Origin: Pirellulales bacterium
GTDB lineage: Bacteria; Planctomycetota; Planctomycetia; Pirellulales; JACPPG01
Direction of reading: 5' to 3'
Assembly: GCA_035546535.1 (NCBI GenBank)
Contig: DASZWQ010000087.1
Coordinates: forward strand, 26,189 to 90,188
Length of the DNA: 64,000 nucleotides
The notes beneath the pieces are model-generated. The model searched no databases, was not told the DNA's origin, and saw only the letters and a program-made list of their open reading frames with translations. Numbering within the stretch: position 1 is the first letter of the stretch; every line of letters begins with the position of its first letter. A program made the translations under genes and the position numbers. Shown piece by piece: positions 1 through 9,544 of this stretch.

Positions 1-1
1 C

Positions 2-361
2 ATGGTTCCGCAGTGCAAGGTGAAGATGGAGAAGTGCGCCGGCGGTATCAAGATGAACTGCGTTTGCGACGACGAAGTGTCGTGCAGCACGCTGCAGAAC
101 ATCTGCCGCATGTTGGCCGGTGGCATGTGCAGCTGCTGCTGCATGATGAACGGCATGGTCATGTGCCAATGCAATTTCGCCATGTGCAATTGCAAGTGTG
201 AAATGACCAAGGACGGCGTCTGCATCACCTGCACCTCAGGTGACAAGGCATGCTGCGACATGCTGCAAGCATGCTGCGATTGCGTGTGCGCCTGCATGAA
301 GTCGGGCTGCATGTGCTGCATTTGCATGGGCGGCATGCCCTGCTGCTGCTGCACCTGCTAG
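2..361 (+). CDS. Cys/Met-rich small protein, metallothionein-like candidate (true 5' end may lie outside the window)
   Basis: The ORF is open to the window edge, with ATG at 2 and TAG at 359-361. It has 33 Cys (32 of them TGC) and 16 Met in 119 aa, with CC, CCC, CCCC and CxC runs and the C-terminus MPCCCCTC. 102 of 119 codons end in G/C, as expected for a real gene in this genome. A two-fold internal repeat is visible. Confidence 0.6.
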   Translation: MVPQCKVKMEKCAGGIKMNCVCDDEVSCSTLQNICRMLAGGMCSCCCMMNGMVMCQCNFAMCNCKCEMTKDGVCITCTSGDKACCDMLQACCDCVCACMKSGCMCCICMGGMPCCCCTC

Positions 362-401
362 GGCGCATCGCTCTTCACGATGGCAATTCCAGCTGCCAAG
401 C

Positions 402-441
402 GGGCGGTCCCACATCACTATGTAGGGCCGCCCGTTTTCTT
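402..441 (+). terminator. Putative Rho-independent terminator after the Cys-rich ORF
   Basis: GGGCGGTCCC (402-411) pairs imperfectly with GGGCCGCCC (425-433) and is followed by GTTTTCTT (434-441). It lies 40 nt after the stop codon. Confidence 0.45.
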
Positions 442-616
442 GCGCGGTGTGCGAATGCGAACACGGAATGCATCCGCAGATTTCACGGATGTATTAACGA
501 AGAGTCACCCGCTCCCGCACGACTTCAGTAAGATCAGCCGCACGATTCCTCTAAAATCCGTGGAAGTCTGCGCAATTTGTGGACGGATACTTCCGCCTCC
601 GCGCCGGCGCGCCCAT

Positions 617-1216
617 TCAGGCGAGAAACGCCACCAATTGTGGTAGTATTTTGCGCATCGCGCGGGCGCGATGGCTGAGACAGCCCTTCACGGCTCCGCC
701 CAGCTCGGCGAAGGTCCGGTGATACTCGGGGATCTCGAAGAGCGGATCGTAGCCAAAACCGGCCGTTCCGCGCGGCACGCGCAAGATGCGTCCGTGGCAT
801 TCTCCGCTGGCTTCCGCGACCACGTCGCCCGACGGGTTGGCAAGCACCGCCCAGCAAACATAATGGGCCGCGCGTCGCTCGGCGGGCACACCGGCCAACT
901 CTTCCAGAAGCCGGGCGTTGTTCCTTTCATCGGTCGCCTCCGGCCCGGAATAGCGCGCGGAGAATATGCCGGGCGCTCCCTGAAGCGCGTCGACGGCCAG
1001 ACCGCTATCTTCGCCCAAGACCCACGCATTGAGATGCGCCGCTTGCCGCTGCGCCTTGAGCCTCGCATTGGCGGCGAAGCTGTCGCCGTCCTCGACCACG
1101 GCAAGCGCCTGCGGGTAGTCGGCCAGCGTGCGCACCTCGATCCGCCATGGTGCCACGAGGTCGGCCAGTTCGAGCCCCTTCTTACGATTGTGCGTGCCCA
1201 ATACGAGTGCGGTCAT
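617..1216 (-). CDS. rdgB: Non-canonical purine NTP (dITP/XTP) pyrophosphatase, RdgB/HAM1 family
   Basis: 199 aa. N-terminus LVLGTHNRKKGLEL, plus SARYSG and RGTAGFGYDPLF, all typical of the HAM1/RdgB family. Confidence 0.9.
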   Translation of the reverse strand: MTALVLGTHNRKKGLELADLVAPWRIEVRTLADYPQALAVVEDGDSFAANARLKAQRQAAHLNAWVLGEDSGLAVDALQGAPGIFSARYSGPEATDERNNARLLEELAGVPAERRAAHYVCWAVLANPSGDVVAEASGECHGRILRVPRGTAGFGYDPLFEIPEYHRTFAELGGAVKGCLSHRARAMRKILPQLVAFLA

Positions 1217-1254
1217 GGCGCGTCAGGATAGCAGTTTTCGCCGCCGCGCGTACC

Positions 1255-2385
1255 TTACCGCGCCGTGAGTGCCGGCCGTTCGTACTGGGCTGCCAACGAG
1301 CGCTTGGGCACTTCCACGAGCATCGGCTGGATGTCGAGCATGACGCCCGCCTCGACCTTCGGTTTGCCAAGTTGGGGCGCCGCCTGACCGGGAATGATTT
1401 TGCGTTCGGCGCCGAACGTTTCGATGATCGCGTGGGCTTGCGGATTGATCTCGATCTTGCCGTCGGCCCGTGGCGTGCCCACCGAATCGAAGCTGCCGAT
1501 CGTCACCATGCTGGCGTAGCGGTCGTGGAATTCGTAGGCTTCGTATCCCTTTTCCCGCAGCGCCATGGTCACGCGATGCGCCTTGTCGGCAGCGTCGGCC
1601 AGTTGGCTTTCGAAGGGCTTCCCTTTCTTTTCGATCTCTTCGATCTGCTTTTGATCGATCACCACGCGGCCGGTGAACGTGGCCACTTTCACCGTGTACT
1701 TGCCAGGGCAGTCGAGCAAACAATATTTCACCGGCTCGTTCATTTCGAGCACCAGACGATCGATGCCCTTGGGCACGAAGTATTCATCCGGCAAGAGCGG
1801 GTTGGTGGTGATGAAGGCATTGCGCATCGGCCCGCGTTTTTTCTTCGGGCTGCTGTCGGCCAGCATCGCCTGCTGAATGGCGCGCATGGCGCCCAGCGTG
1901 CGGCTGTCAGGCTTGCCTTCCTTGGCGCGCTTTTGGATATCGAGGCAGTCCGGTTGGGCAAATTTGAGCTTCTCCAGCGTCTTCTGCGCGTGGCGGTCCT
2001 CGACGTCCGTGAAATCTCCGACCAGAACCGCGATCTCTCGCATTTCGTTCAATCGATAACGCACCTTGCGGTGCGCCGCGCCCGGCGACTTGTTCGATCC
2101 CTCAGCGCGATGATCGAAGGTCATGGTGTGCGTGTATGCGGGAAGCTTGTATTTGCTGCGCAACTCGTGTACCAGCTCGCGCGCCTGGTCTTCGGCGTAG
2201 GGCCCCGAGAAGGTGATGGCCATGATCGTCCACGGGCCATTGCGATCCGTGAGCGGATACGACTTCTCAGGATCCGCTTCCAAGCGGTGAAACAGATCCA
2301 GCTTGTTCCAGGGCGCCGCGGCCGAAGCGTACGAACCCAATAGAGCCAGCAACAACAGCCCCAGAAGCATCCCACGCTTCGACAT
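1255..2385 (-). CDS. Secreted hypothetical protein (two SPOR-like alpha/beta repeats possible)
   Basis: The internal ATG at 2385 is preceded by GAGGAG and gives the signal peptide MSKRGMLLGLLLLALLGSYASAAA. The longer ORF (to 2442) adds only a non-signal extension. No catalytic motif recognised. Confidence 0.7.
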   Translation of the reverse strand: MSKRGMLLGLLLLALLGSYASAAAPWNKLDLFHRLEADPEKSYPLTDRNGPWTIMAITFSGPYAEDQARELVHELRSKYKLPAYTHTMTFDHRAEGSNKSPGAAHRKVRYRLNEMREIAVLVGDFTDVEDRHAQKTLEKLKFAQPDCLDIQKRAKEGKPDSRTLGAMRAIQQAMLADSSPKKKRGPMRNAFITTNPLLPDEYFVPKGIDRLVLEMNEPVKYCLLDCPGKYTVKVATFTGRVVIDQKQIEEIEKKGKPFESQLADAADKAHRVTMALREKGYEAYEFHDRYASMVTIGSFDSVGTPRADGKIEINPQAHAIIETFGAERKIIPGQAAPQLGKPKVEAGVMLDIQPMLVEVPKRSLAAQYERPALTAR

Positions 2386-2760
2386 GGCAACTCCTCGCGA
2401 AAGGCCCACGACTTCGACGTCCGCCGCGCGGCGCGCGGACAACGATGCAACTCAAATAATGATGAGTAGCAAACAGGGAATCAAAATCGCACGAACATGC
2501 TGGCCGGTGCGACGCGTGGTCGCCGGCGGGAAAGGTGGCGGAGTCTAACAAACGACTTTGTCAGGTTCCAGGTCGAAAACCCGGATGTCAGTGCGCCGGA
2601 AAGGCCTCGTTCTTCTTCCTAGTCGCCGCCGTTTTCTGCGGCGCCTCCTAAGTACGGCAAACTGGGGCTTCTGCACCTAAAGGCCGGCTTTGACTCGATT
2701 GATGAATTTGCGGGGCCGAGATTAGTGCAGAGACACCACGTCGATTGAGGAACTCCCCTC

Positions 2761-4140
2761 GTGAGTCGCTTACCGCGACCTCTGCTGTGCGTTCTGGGAT
2801 TGGCGATCTCTTTATCGCCGCCCGTGCTAGCACAGCAGTCGCAGCAGCAGGCGCGCCGCGGCTTGCCGGCGCGGCCCGTCGTGCAACGGCTGACGGCGCC
2901 GGAAAGCAGCGCGGAGGTCGTGCCTGCACCCGCGGCCGGAGGCATTGCGATGCAAGGCCCGGCCGGCGCTTCGCTGAATCTCGATCAGGCCAGTGACCTG
3001 GCCGTGCGCAACAATCCCTTGCTGGCGCAAGCCCGCGCCCGCATCGATGCGAACATCGGCAAGGCCATCCAGGCCGGCATCTGGAACAATCCGCGCTGGG
3101 ATACCAACAACCCGCAAGTGTTCGCCGGCAATCAAAGCCAATACAACGCGGGCTTCCAGCAAGAGGTGCCGGTGATGGGCAAGCTGCGGCTCGACCGGGC
3201 GGCTGCCACGCAGGACGTCTACCAAGCGCGGTTCGCTTACATACGGCAGCGGTTCGATCTATTGACCGCTGTGCGGCAACAGTTTTACCGCGTCCTGGCA
3301 CAAGAGCGGCGCGTGGCGGTACTGCGCGAGCTGGTCGAAATCGCGACCCGCTCCCACCATGCCGCACAGCAGCGCGAAAAAGCCGGCGCGGTTGCCGAGA
3401 CCGACGTGCTGCTGTTATTGATCGAATTGCAGCAGGCGCGCATCGCCTTGGAAAACGCGCAATTGATCCTCGTTGGAGCACGTCGCGCGCTGGCCGCGAC
3501 GATGGGACTGCCGCGGTTGGAGATTTCCGACGCGCTTGGCGACCTGACCGCAAATCTGCCTGAATTCGAGGAAGGCGCCATGCGGCAGTTCGTCGCCACG
3601 CAGAATGCTGCCGTGCGCGAAGCGGAATTGCAGATCGTCCAGAACCGCATCTTGTTGCAGCGCGCGCAGGTCGAGCCGTATCCGAATATCTACACAGGTC
3701 CGGCGGTGGCCTGGGGGCCCAGTTCGAGCAGTAACGGCGGATCGGGCAGCCAGTTCTGGTACAACTTTCAATTCAATATTCCCACCTGGAATTTGAACCA
3801 GGGAGGCGTTCGCGCCGCCAACGCGAACATACGCGATGCGGTCGCATCCGTCGGCGTGCTGCAAAACGACCTTCTGCGTCAGGCTGCCGAGACACTGGCC
3901 GCCTACCGCGCGGCGCGCGATCGAGCACGTTACATAGGCGAGCAGATTCTTCCCACCGCCGAGCGCACGTTCCGCTTGATGCAGAACGCGTACGAGGTCG
4001 GACAGGTCGATGTGGCCCCGGTCTTGCAGGCGCAAAAAGCGCTCACCCAGGTGAATCTGGATTACGTCGAAGCGCTCGAGGCCGCCTGGACCAACGCGGC
4101 CGCTTTGGCGGGCTTGCTGCAGGTCGAGATCTTTCCCTAA
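2761..4140 (+). CDS. TolC-family outer membrane efflux protein (CzcC-like)
   Basis: GTG start and signal peptide (LCVLGLAISLSPPVLAQQ). 459 aa with two coiled-coil/beta repeat halves typical of outer-membrane factor (OMF) proteins. First gene of the three-gene RND operon. Confidence 0.85.
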   Translation: MSRLPRPLLCVLGLAISLSPPVLAQQSQQQARRGLPARPVVQRLTAPESSAEVVPAPAAGGIAMQGPAGASLNLDQASDLAVRNNPLLAQARARIDANIGKAIQAGIWNNPRWDTNNPQVFAGNQSQYNAGFQQEVPVMGKLRLDRAAATQDVYQARFAYIRQRFDLLTAVRQQFYRVLAQERRVAVLRELVEIATRSHHAAQQREKAGAVAETDVLLLLIELQQARIALENAQLILVGARRALAATMGLPRLEISDALGDLTANLPEFEEGAMRQFVATQNAAVREAELQIVQNRILLQRAQVEPYPNIYTGPAVAWGPSSSSNGGSGSQFWYNFQFNIPTWNLNQGGVRAANANIRDAVASVGVLQNDLLRQAAETLAAYRAARDRARYIGEQILPTAERTFRLMQNAYEVGQVDVAPVLQAQKALTQVNLDYVEALEAAWTNAAALAGLLQVEIFP

Positions 4141-4394
4141 CGGCATTGTAATGAAACAACCGGCCACGCCGGTTGCGCCAATGTCACTTCGGCGCTCGCG
4201 CCCGAGAACATCTCGACGGATGGCTTCCGTAGCACAAGTGGCGAGGTATGAGGATATTGGGGTCGATGCGCGCGGCGCTGAATGTGGCATCAAGGAACGG
4301 CTGCAAACGCCGCGCGACACGTCTCAAGCCGCGCTTGACATTCGGCGGAAGCTTCAAGGATACTTCGATTTAGGGACTTTCTTCTGCGTCGCGC

Positions 4395-5861
4395 GTGGCG
4401 GCCATGATGCGCTCACTTCCGATTCGTAAAATCGTGCCTTGGGTTGTTGTCGGCGTGCCTCTGTTGCTCGTCGGCGCGATCGGCCTGCGCGGTTTCGAGA
4501 ACTGGGAGAACCCGCCGCAGACCTTCGACCCCGAGCACGATCCGCAGGCGCTAGTCACACTCGCTCCCGGCCAGACCGACACGCTGCAATTCGCGCCCGA
4601 CGCGCTGAAGAAGATGGGCTATCGCATGGCTACGGTCGAGGCCGCGCCGCCGCCGCCGCCGTTGCGATTACAAGGCCGGGTGGAACTGGACGCCGAAGCC
4701 ACGGTGCGGGTGAAGCCGCGCTTCGCCGGTAAGGTTGTAGAGACTGGCCCGTTCGAAGATGGACCACCTGGCGAGCCGCCTCGCACGCTGCGTTACGGTG
4801 ATCACGTTCACAAGGACCAGGTGCTGGCCGTGATCTGGAGCACCGAAGTCGGCGCCAAGAAGAGCGATCTGGTCGACGCGCTCTCGAAACTTCACACGAA
4901 CAAGGAAATCCTCGAACGGTTGCAAAGCGCCGAACAAGGGGCGATTGCCCAGCGGGCCATCATCGACGCCACGCGCGAGTACCAGCAGGCGGTCGTGGCC
5001 GTCCAAGACGCCAGGCGGACGTTGCTCTCTTGGGGGCTGTTGGAGAAGGACCTCGAGGCCGTTTATCGCGAGGCCAAAAAGCTCGAAAAGAAGAAACCCC
5101 AGGGCGGTGACCGGGAGGTCGAACTACCGGCCGAACCCGGGGACCTGGCCGTGGAAAAAAGCTGGGCCAATACCGAGCTGCGATCGCCGATCGACGGCCA
5201 GATTTTCGAAAAGAATTTCAACGCCGGCGACATCGTCGACCCGTCCGACGACTTGTACAAGATCGCCGACAATAGCCACGTGCGCATTTACGCGCGGGTC
5301 TATGAAGAAGATCTGCCGACGCTCCGCCACCTGAAGCCCGAAAAACGTCGCTGGAAGATCGATCTCGTTTCCGATCCGTTCGATGAGCCGATTTCCGGAA
5401 CCTTCGAGCTGGTGGCCGGCATCATCGACCCGGCGGACCACACGGGTACCGTAATGGGCATGCTCGACAACAAGAGCGGGCGGATGAATCTCGGGCAATT
5501 CGTCACCGCCAATATCGCCCTGGACGCCGATCCAGGCATGGTGGCCGTTCCCGCCAAGGCGGTGATCGAAGATGGCAGCCTGGCCGCGTTGTTCGTGCAG
5601 GACAATCACCACCCCGACGATTTCACGCGCCGCCTGGTGGCGATCACCAGCCGCCTTCCCGGCAAAGTTTGCATTCGCAGCGAACCGAATGAGGCCGAGC
5701 GGGCCGCCGGCGCTTCGTCGCTGAAAATCGGCGAGCGCGTTATCGCCTCGGGCGTACCTGAGTTGAATGCCGAGTTGGCCGTCCTCAAGGCCTCGCAACC
5801 ACAGGTGCAAGCCCAGGCTCCGCATCCGTTGAACGGGCTGCTGCGGCCGGCCAGCGAGTAA
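4395..5861 (+). CDS. Efflux RND periplasmic adaptor subunit (CzcB/HlyD-like membrane fusion protein)
   Basis: N-terminal TM anchor (IVPWVVVGVPLLLVGAIGL), then lipoyl/beta-barrel-like segments. It sits between the OMF and the RND pump. The start could be ATG 4404 rather than GTG 4395. Confidence 0.85.
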   Translation: MAAMMRSLPIRKIVPWVVVGVPLLLVGAIGLRGFENWENPPQTFDPEHDPQALVTLAPGQTDTLQFAPDALKKMGYRMATVEAAPPPPPLRLQGRVELDAEATVRVKPRFAGKVVETGPFEDGPPGEPPRTLRYGDHVHKDQVLAVIWSTEVGAKKSDLVDALSKLHTNKEILERLQSAEQGAIAQRAIIDATREYQQAVVAVQDARRTLLSWGLLEKDLEAVYREAKKLEKKKPQGGDREVELPAEPGDLAVEKSWANTELRSPIDGQIFEKNFNAGDIVDPSDDLYKIADNSHVRIYARVYEEDLPTLRHLKPEKRRWKIDLVSDPFDEPISGTFELVAGIIDPADHTGTVMGMLDNKSGRMNLGQFVTANIALDADPGMVAVPAKAVIEDGSLAALFVQDNHHPDDFTRRLVAITSRLPGKVCIRSEPNEAERAAGASSLKIGERVIASGVPELNAELAVLKASQPQVQAQAPHPLNGLLRPASE

Positions 5862-6062
5862 AGGATTACATCTCGTTCAGCAATTGCCACGCGGTGGGAA
5901 ACCAGTCGCCAGACGGCGCGACTGACCCGCGCCGCCCTGCGTAGAAACAGGAGAACGCGCCCCGGGGTTTCTCTTGCGATCCTACGTCCCTCGCCTTTCA
6001 GACAATCGAACATCACCAGGGAATGAACCTGATCGCAAGTTGCTTGCGCCAGGTTAACCGCC

Positions 6063-9000
6063 ATGGTAGCCAAACTCGTCCAATGGGCCCTCAATAGCCC
6101 CGTGGTGGTGCTCCTGGTGGCCGTTGCGCTCATGCTGGTGGGCGGTTATGCGTTCACGCACGTGAACGTCGAGGCTTATCCTGATCCCGCGCCAGCCATC
6201 GTCGAGGTCGTCGCTCAGTACCCGGGCGCCAGCGCCGAGGAAATCGAACGTCAGGTGACGATTCCGCTTGAAGTCGCCCTGGCCGGCATCCCCGGCTTGA
6301 AGTACACGCGCGCGAAATCGATGTTCGGCCTGTCGCACTTGCGCAACCAGTTCGAGTACGGCGTGGATTATGAATACGCCCGGCAGCAGGTCATCAACCG
6401 CCTGCAATCGGTCGACTTGCCGCCGGGCGTTACGCCGCAGATTTCGCCGGCGTCGCCTATCGGCGAGATCGTCCGCTACACGCTGACCAGCCCCAGGGAC
6501 TCGCACGGCCGTCCCATCTATACGCTCAACGATCTCAAGTCGCTGCAAGACTGGACGCTGCAGCGCGAGTTTCGGCGCGTGCCGCGCATCGCCGGCGTGG
6601 TCAGCACGGGCGGCGAGGTGAAGCGCTATGAAATTCGCCCCGACCCCGATCGGCTCAAGGAATACGGCATCACGCTCAGCCAGTTGCAGGATGCCGTCAA
6701 GCAAAGCAATGCCAACGTCGGCGGCGATTACGTCGTGCAAGGCGACACGATCCAGGTGGTCCGCGGCATCGGCCTGATTGGCGGCGGCGAGGACCCCATG
6801 CTGGTCGCCATGCAGATGCACACGCCAGAGGAGGCCACGGCCTATTTGCGCGCCGAGGAAAACCGCCGCATCCAGGAAATTCGGCGCATCGTCATCGCGG
6901 CCACCAACAACGTCCCGATTCGCGTGGAACACGTTGTCGAGGGCGGACCGGTCAAGACCGGTGGTGCACTCGGCGAACGCGGCGTTGTCGTCAATCATCA
7001 AACGCGGCAGGGGCGCCTGGCCATGACCAGGCCGCTGACGGACGAGCACGGCGAAGATCTCGTCGACGCGCAGGGCAAACGGCAATGGCTTGATTTGCCG
7101 GACGAAGTGCAGGGAATCATCCTGCTGCGCAAAGGCGAGCAATCGATTCCCGCCCTGACCGACGTGATGGCCAAGATCGACGAAATGAACAACACGCCCG
7201 GGCGTTTGCTCCCCGGCGTGCGGATCGACCCGTTCTATGATCGCGCGCGACTGATCGATGTGACCACGGAAACGGTGCGTGAGAACCTGGTCGTGGGCAT
7301 GCTGCTCGTGTCCGTTATCTTGCTGATGTTCCTCAGCAACGTGCGCGCGGCGTTGATCGTGGCCATCAATATCCCACTGGCCCTGTTGTTTGCCTTCGCC
7401 GTGCTGTTCTTGCGCCACAAATCGGCCAACTTGTTGTCAATCGGCGCGGTCGACTTCGGCATCATCGTCGACTCGTCGGTGATCATGGTCGAGAACATTT
7501 ACCGCCGGCTCAGCGCCGGCGAGAACGCCAACTTGCCGCTCAAGGATCGCATCTTGCGCGCCTCGCGCGAGGTGGAGCGCAGCTTGTTCTTCTCGACCGT
7601 GATCATGATCTGCGCCATGCTCCCCTTGTTCACCATGACGGGGCCCGAAGGGCAGATCTTTGGTCCGATGGCCGATACTTACGCTTTTGCCTTGGCGGGC
7701 GCATTGGTGTTGGCGCTCACGGTTTCGCCGGTCCTGTGCTCGATCTTCTTCAAGCATCTCAAGCCGGCCCACGACAACGTCCTGGTCCGCGCATTGAAAT
7801 CTTTCTTCCTGGCCGAGTTGGACCTGCTGTTGAAGCACCGCCTGCTGACGATGATCTTTTTCGGCTTCGTTTCGGTCGGAACGATCTGCTACTTGCCGTT
7901 TTTGGGCCGCGAGTTCATGCCCGAGCTGGAAGAGGGCAACATGATCGTCCGCGGCACGTTCCCGGTGAACGTATCGCTCGATGAAGCGGTGGAAAAGGCG
8001 AAAATCGCCCGCAACATCATGATCAAGTATCCCGAGGTGCGGTTGGCCACGTCGCAGATCGGCCGACCGGACGACGGCACCGACCCCACCGGCTACTACA
8101 ACGTGGAATGCTTCGTGCCGCTATACCCACCGGATGAATGGCCCAAGATCGACGGCCATCGCCGCACGAAGGAAGAACTGATCCAGGATATGAACGAGGA
8201 ACTGTCGCGCAGCCTGGTCGGCATCAGTTGGGATTTCTCGCAGATGATCCGCGACAACGTGATGGAATCGCTGTCCGGCGTCAAGGGAGAGAATTCGGTC
8301 AAGATCATCGGGCCGCAGTTGGACGAGTTGGAACGATTGGCGGGTGAATTCAACAGTGTGCTGAGCACCGTACCAGGCATCGTCGACCCCGGCGTGTTCC
8401 ACATTCGCGGCCAGTCGAACCTGGCGTTCCCCGTCAATCGCGAGAAATGCGCTTTGTGGGGTGTGAGCGTGGCCGACGTCGAGGACGTCATTCAGACCGC
8501 GGTCGGCGGTAAGCCGTTTACGGACATGGTCGAGGGAGAACGATCCTTCGACGTGACGTTGCGCTGGCCGCGCGAGTTGCGCCAGACCGAGGAACAGATC
8601 CTCGATATTCCTGTCGACGTCGTGAAGAACAATATTCCGGCGGCGACCGACGGAAGCACGACCGGCGCGTTGTCGGCTACGGGGACGAGTGTCGCGCAGC
8701 CCAATATCACGGGCAGCTCGTACAGTGCGACGGGGGGCGCGGTTAGCCGCGTGCCGCGCCGGCGATTGAAGGACCTGGTCACGCCCGTCGACGCGCAAGG
8801 TGTCCCGGATCCTCACGGCACGTTTGTGCGACCGGGTGCTGCGATCATTTCGCGCGAACAGGGAAGCCGATTGATCGCCGTCAAGTTTGGCGTCCGCGGG
8901 CGCGACCTGGCTAGTGCCGTGGCCGAAGCACAAGCGAAAACCGCGAACCTGCTCAAGCCCCCTTACCGCGCCGTGTGGAGCGGCGAGTTCCAGCAAATGC

Positions 9001-9527
9001 AGGAAGCCGAGCAACGCATGGCGATTATTGTCGGGCTGGCCATGGTGCTCATCATGGTCATGCTCTACCTGGCGTTTCGTTCTTTGCTGGATGCCATCGT
9101 GGTGCTGGCCAACGTGGCCGTGATGTCGATGGGGGGCGTGTGGACGCTGTGGCTCACGGGCCTGAACTTCAACGTCTCGGCGGCCGTCGGCTTCGTATCG
9201 ATTCTCGGCGTCGCCGTGATGAACGGGCTGTTACTCGTATCCTCGTTCAACGCCCTGCGCGCCAGCGGCGTCCCACTTCGCTCCGCCATTCGTACCGGCG
9301 CGCTGAACCGCATCCGGCCGCTGACCATGACGGCGCTGACGGCCATTCTTGGTCTCTTACCGGCGGCGCTATCGACCAAGATCGGCGCCCAATCACAGCG
9401 GCCGCTGGCCATCGTCGTCGTCGGCGGTATGGTGACCACCCTCTTGATGTTCAACTTGATCCCGGTGCTCTACAGCTTCTACGGCCACCGCGAGCCGCCC
9501 GAGGGCGCCGGCCACCTGGCCGAATGA
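6063..9527 (+). CDS. czcA: Heavy-metal efflux RND pump, CzcA/CusA (HME) family
   Basis: 1154 aa with 12-TM RND architecture. The TM4 sequence AVDFGIIVDSSVIMVEN (nt ~7447-7497) carries the D-x5-D-x6-E charged triad characteristic of CzcA-type divalent-cation pumps. Confidence 0.92.
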   Translation: MVAKLVQWALNSPVVVLLVAVALMLVGGYAFTHVNVEAYPDPAPAIVEVVAQYPGASAEEIERQVTIPLEVALAGIPGLKYTRAKSMFGLSHLRNQFEYGVDYEYARQQVINRLQSVDLPPGVTPQISPASPIGEIVRYTLTSPRDSHGRPIYTLNDLKSLQDWTLQREFRRVPRIAGVVSTGGEVKRYEIRPDPDRLKEYGITLSQLQDAVKQSNANVGGDYVVQGDTIQVVRGIGLIGGGEDPMLVAMQMHTPEEATAYLRAEENRRIQEIRRIVIAATNNVPIRVEHVVEGGPVKTGGALGERGVVVNHQTRQGRLAMTRPLTDEHGEDLVDAQGKRQWLDLPDEVQGIILLRKGEQSIPALTDVMAKIDEMNNTPGRLLPGVRIDPFYDRARLIDVTTETVRENLVVGMLLVSVILLMFLSNVRAALIVAINIPLALLFAFAVLFLRHKSANLLSIGAVDFGIIVDSSVIMVENIYRRLSAGENANLPLKDRILRASREVERSLFFSTVIMICAMLPLFTMTGPEGQIFGPMADTYAFALAGALVLALTVSPVLCSIFFKHLKPAHDNVLVRALKSFFLAELDLLLKHRLLTMIFFGFVSVGTICYLPFLGREFMPELEEGNMIVRGTFPVNVSLDEAVEKAKIARNIMIKYPEVRLATSQIGRPDDGTDPTGYYNVECFVPLYPPDEWPKIDGHRRTKEELIQDMNEELSRSLVGISWDFSQMIRDNVMESLSGVKGENSVKIIGPQLDELERLAGEFNSVLSTVPGIVDPGVFHIRGQSNLAFPVNREKCALWGVSVADVEDVIQTAVGGKPFTDMVEGERSFDVTLRWPRELRQTEEQILDIPVDVVKNNIPAATDGSTTGALSATGTSVAQPNITGSSYSATGGAVSRVPRRRLKDLVTPVDAQGVPDPHGTFVRPGAAIISREQGSRLIAVKFGVRGRDLASAVAEAQAKTANLLKPPYRAVWSGEFQQMQEAEQRMAIIVGLAMVLIMVMLYLAFRSLLDAIVVLANVAVMSMGGVWTLWLTGLNFNVSAAVGFVSILGVAVMNGLLLVSSFNALRASGVPLRSAIRTGALNRIRPLTMTALTAILGLLPAALSTKIGAQSQRPLAIVVVGGMVTTLLMFNLIPVLYSFYGHREPPEGAGHLAE

Positions 9528-9544
9528 TCTCGGTCGGCGCACGA

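Noticed and set aside
13-531. Alternative ORFs overlapping the Cys-rich gene: 13-201 (+), 250-531 (+), and 236-418 (-), which has an Ala/His-rich product.
   Set aside because: They are frame-shifted or antisense readings of the TGC/ATG-rich sequence (GCA read on the other strand gives Ala). They lack the G/C third-position bias seen in the 2-361 frame and give Arg/Ala/His low-complexity products.
1147-2343. 398-aa plus-strand ORF antisense to the secreted protein gene.
   Set aside because: The product is Arg/Leu/Val-rich with no motifs. The minus-strand frame has an SD-like sequence, a signal peptide and a balanced composition. This is a typical GC-rich antisense artefact.
6054-7418. 454-aa minus-strand ORF inside czcA.
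   Set aside because: It is antisense to an unambiguous RND pump with conserved motifs. The product is His/Asp/Arg-rich junk.
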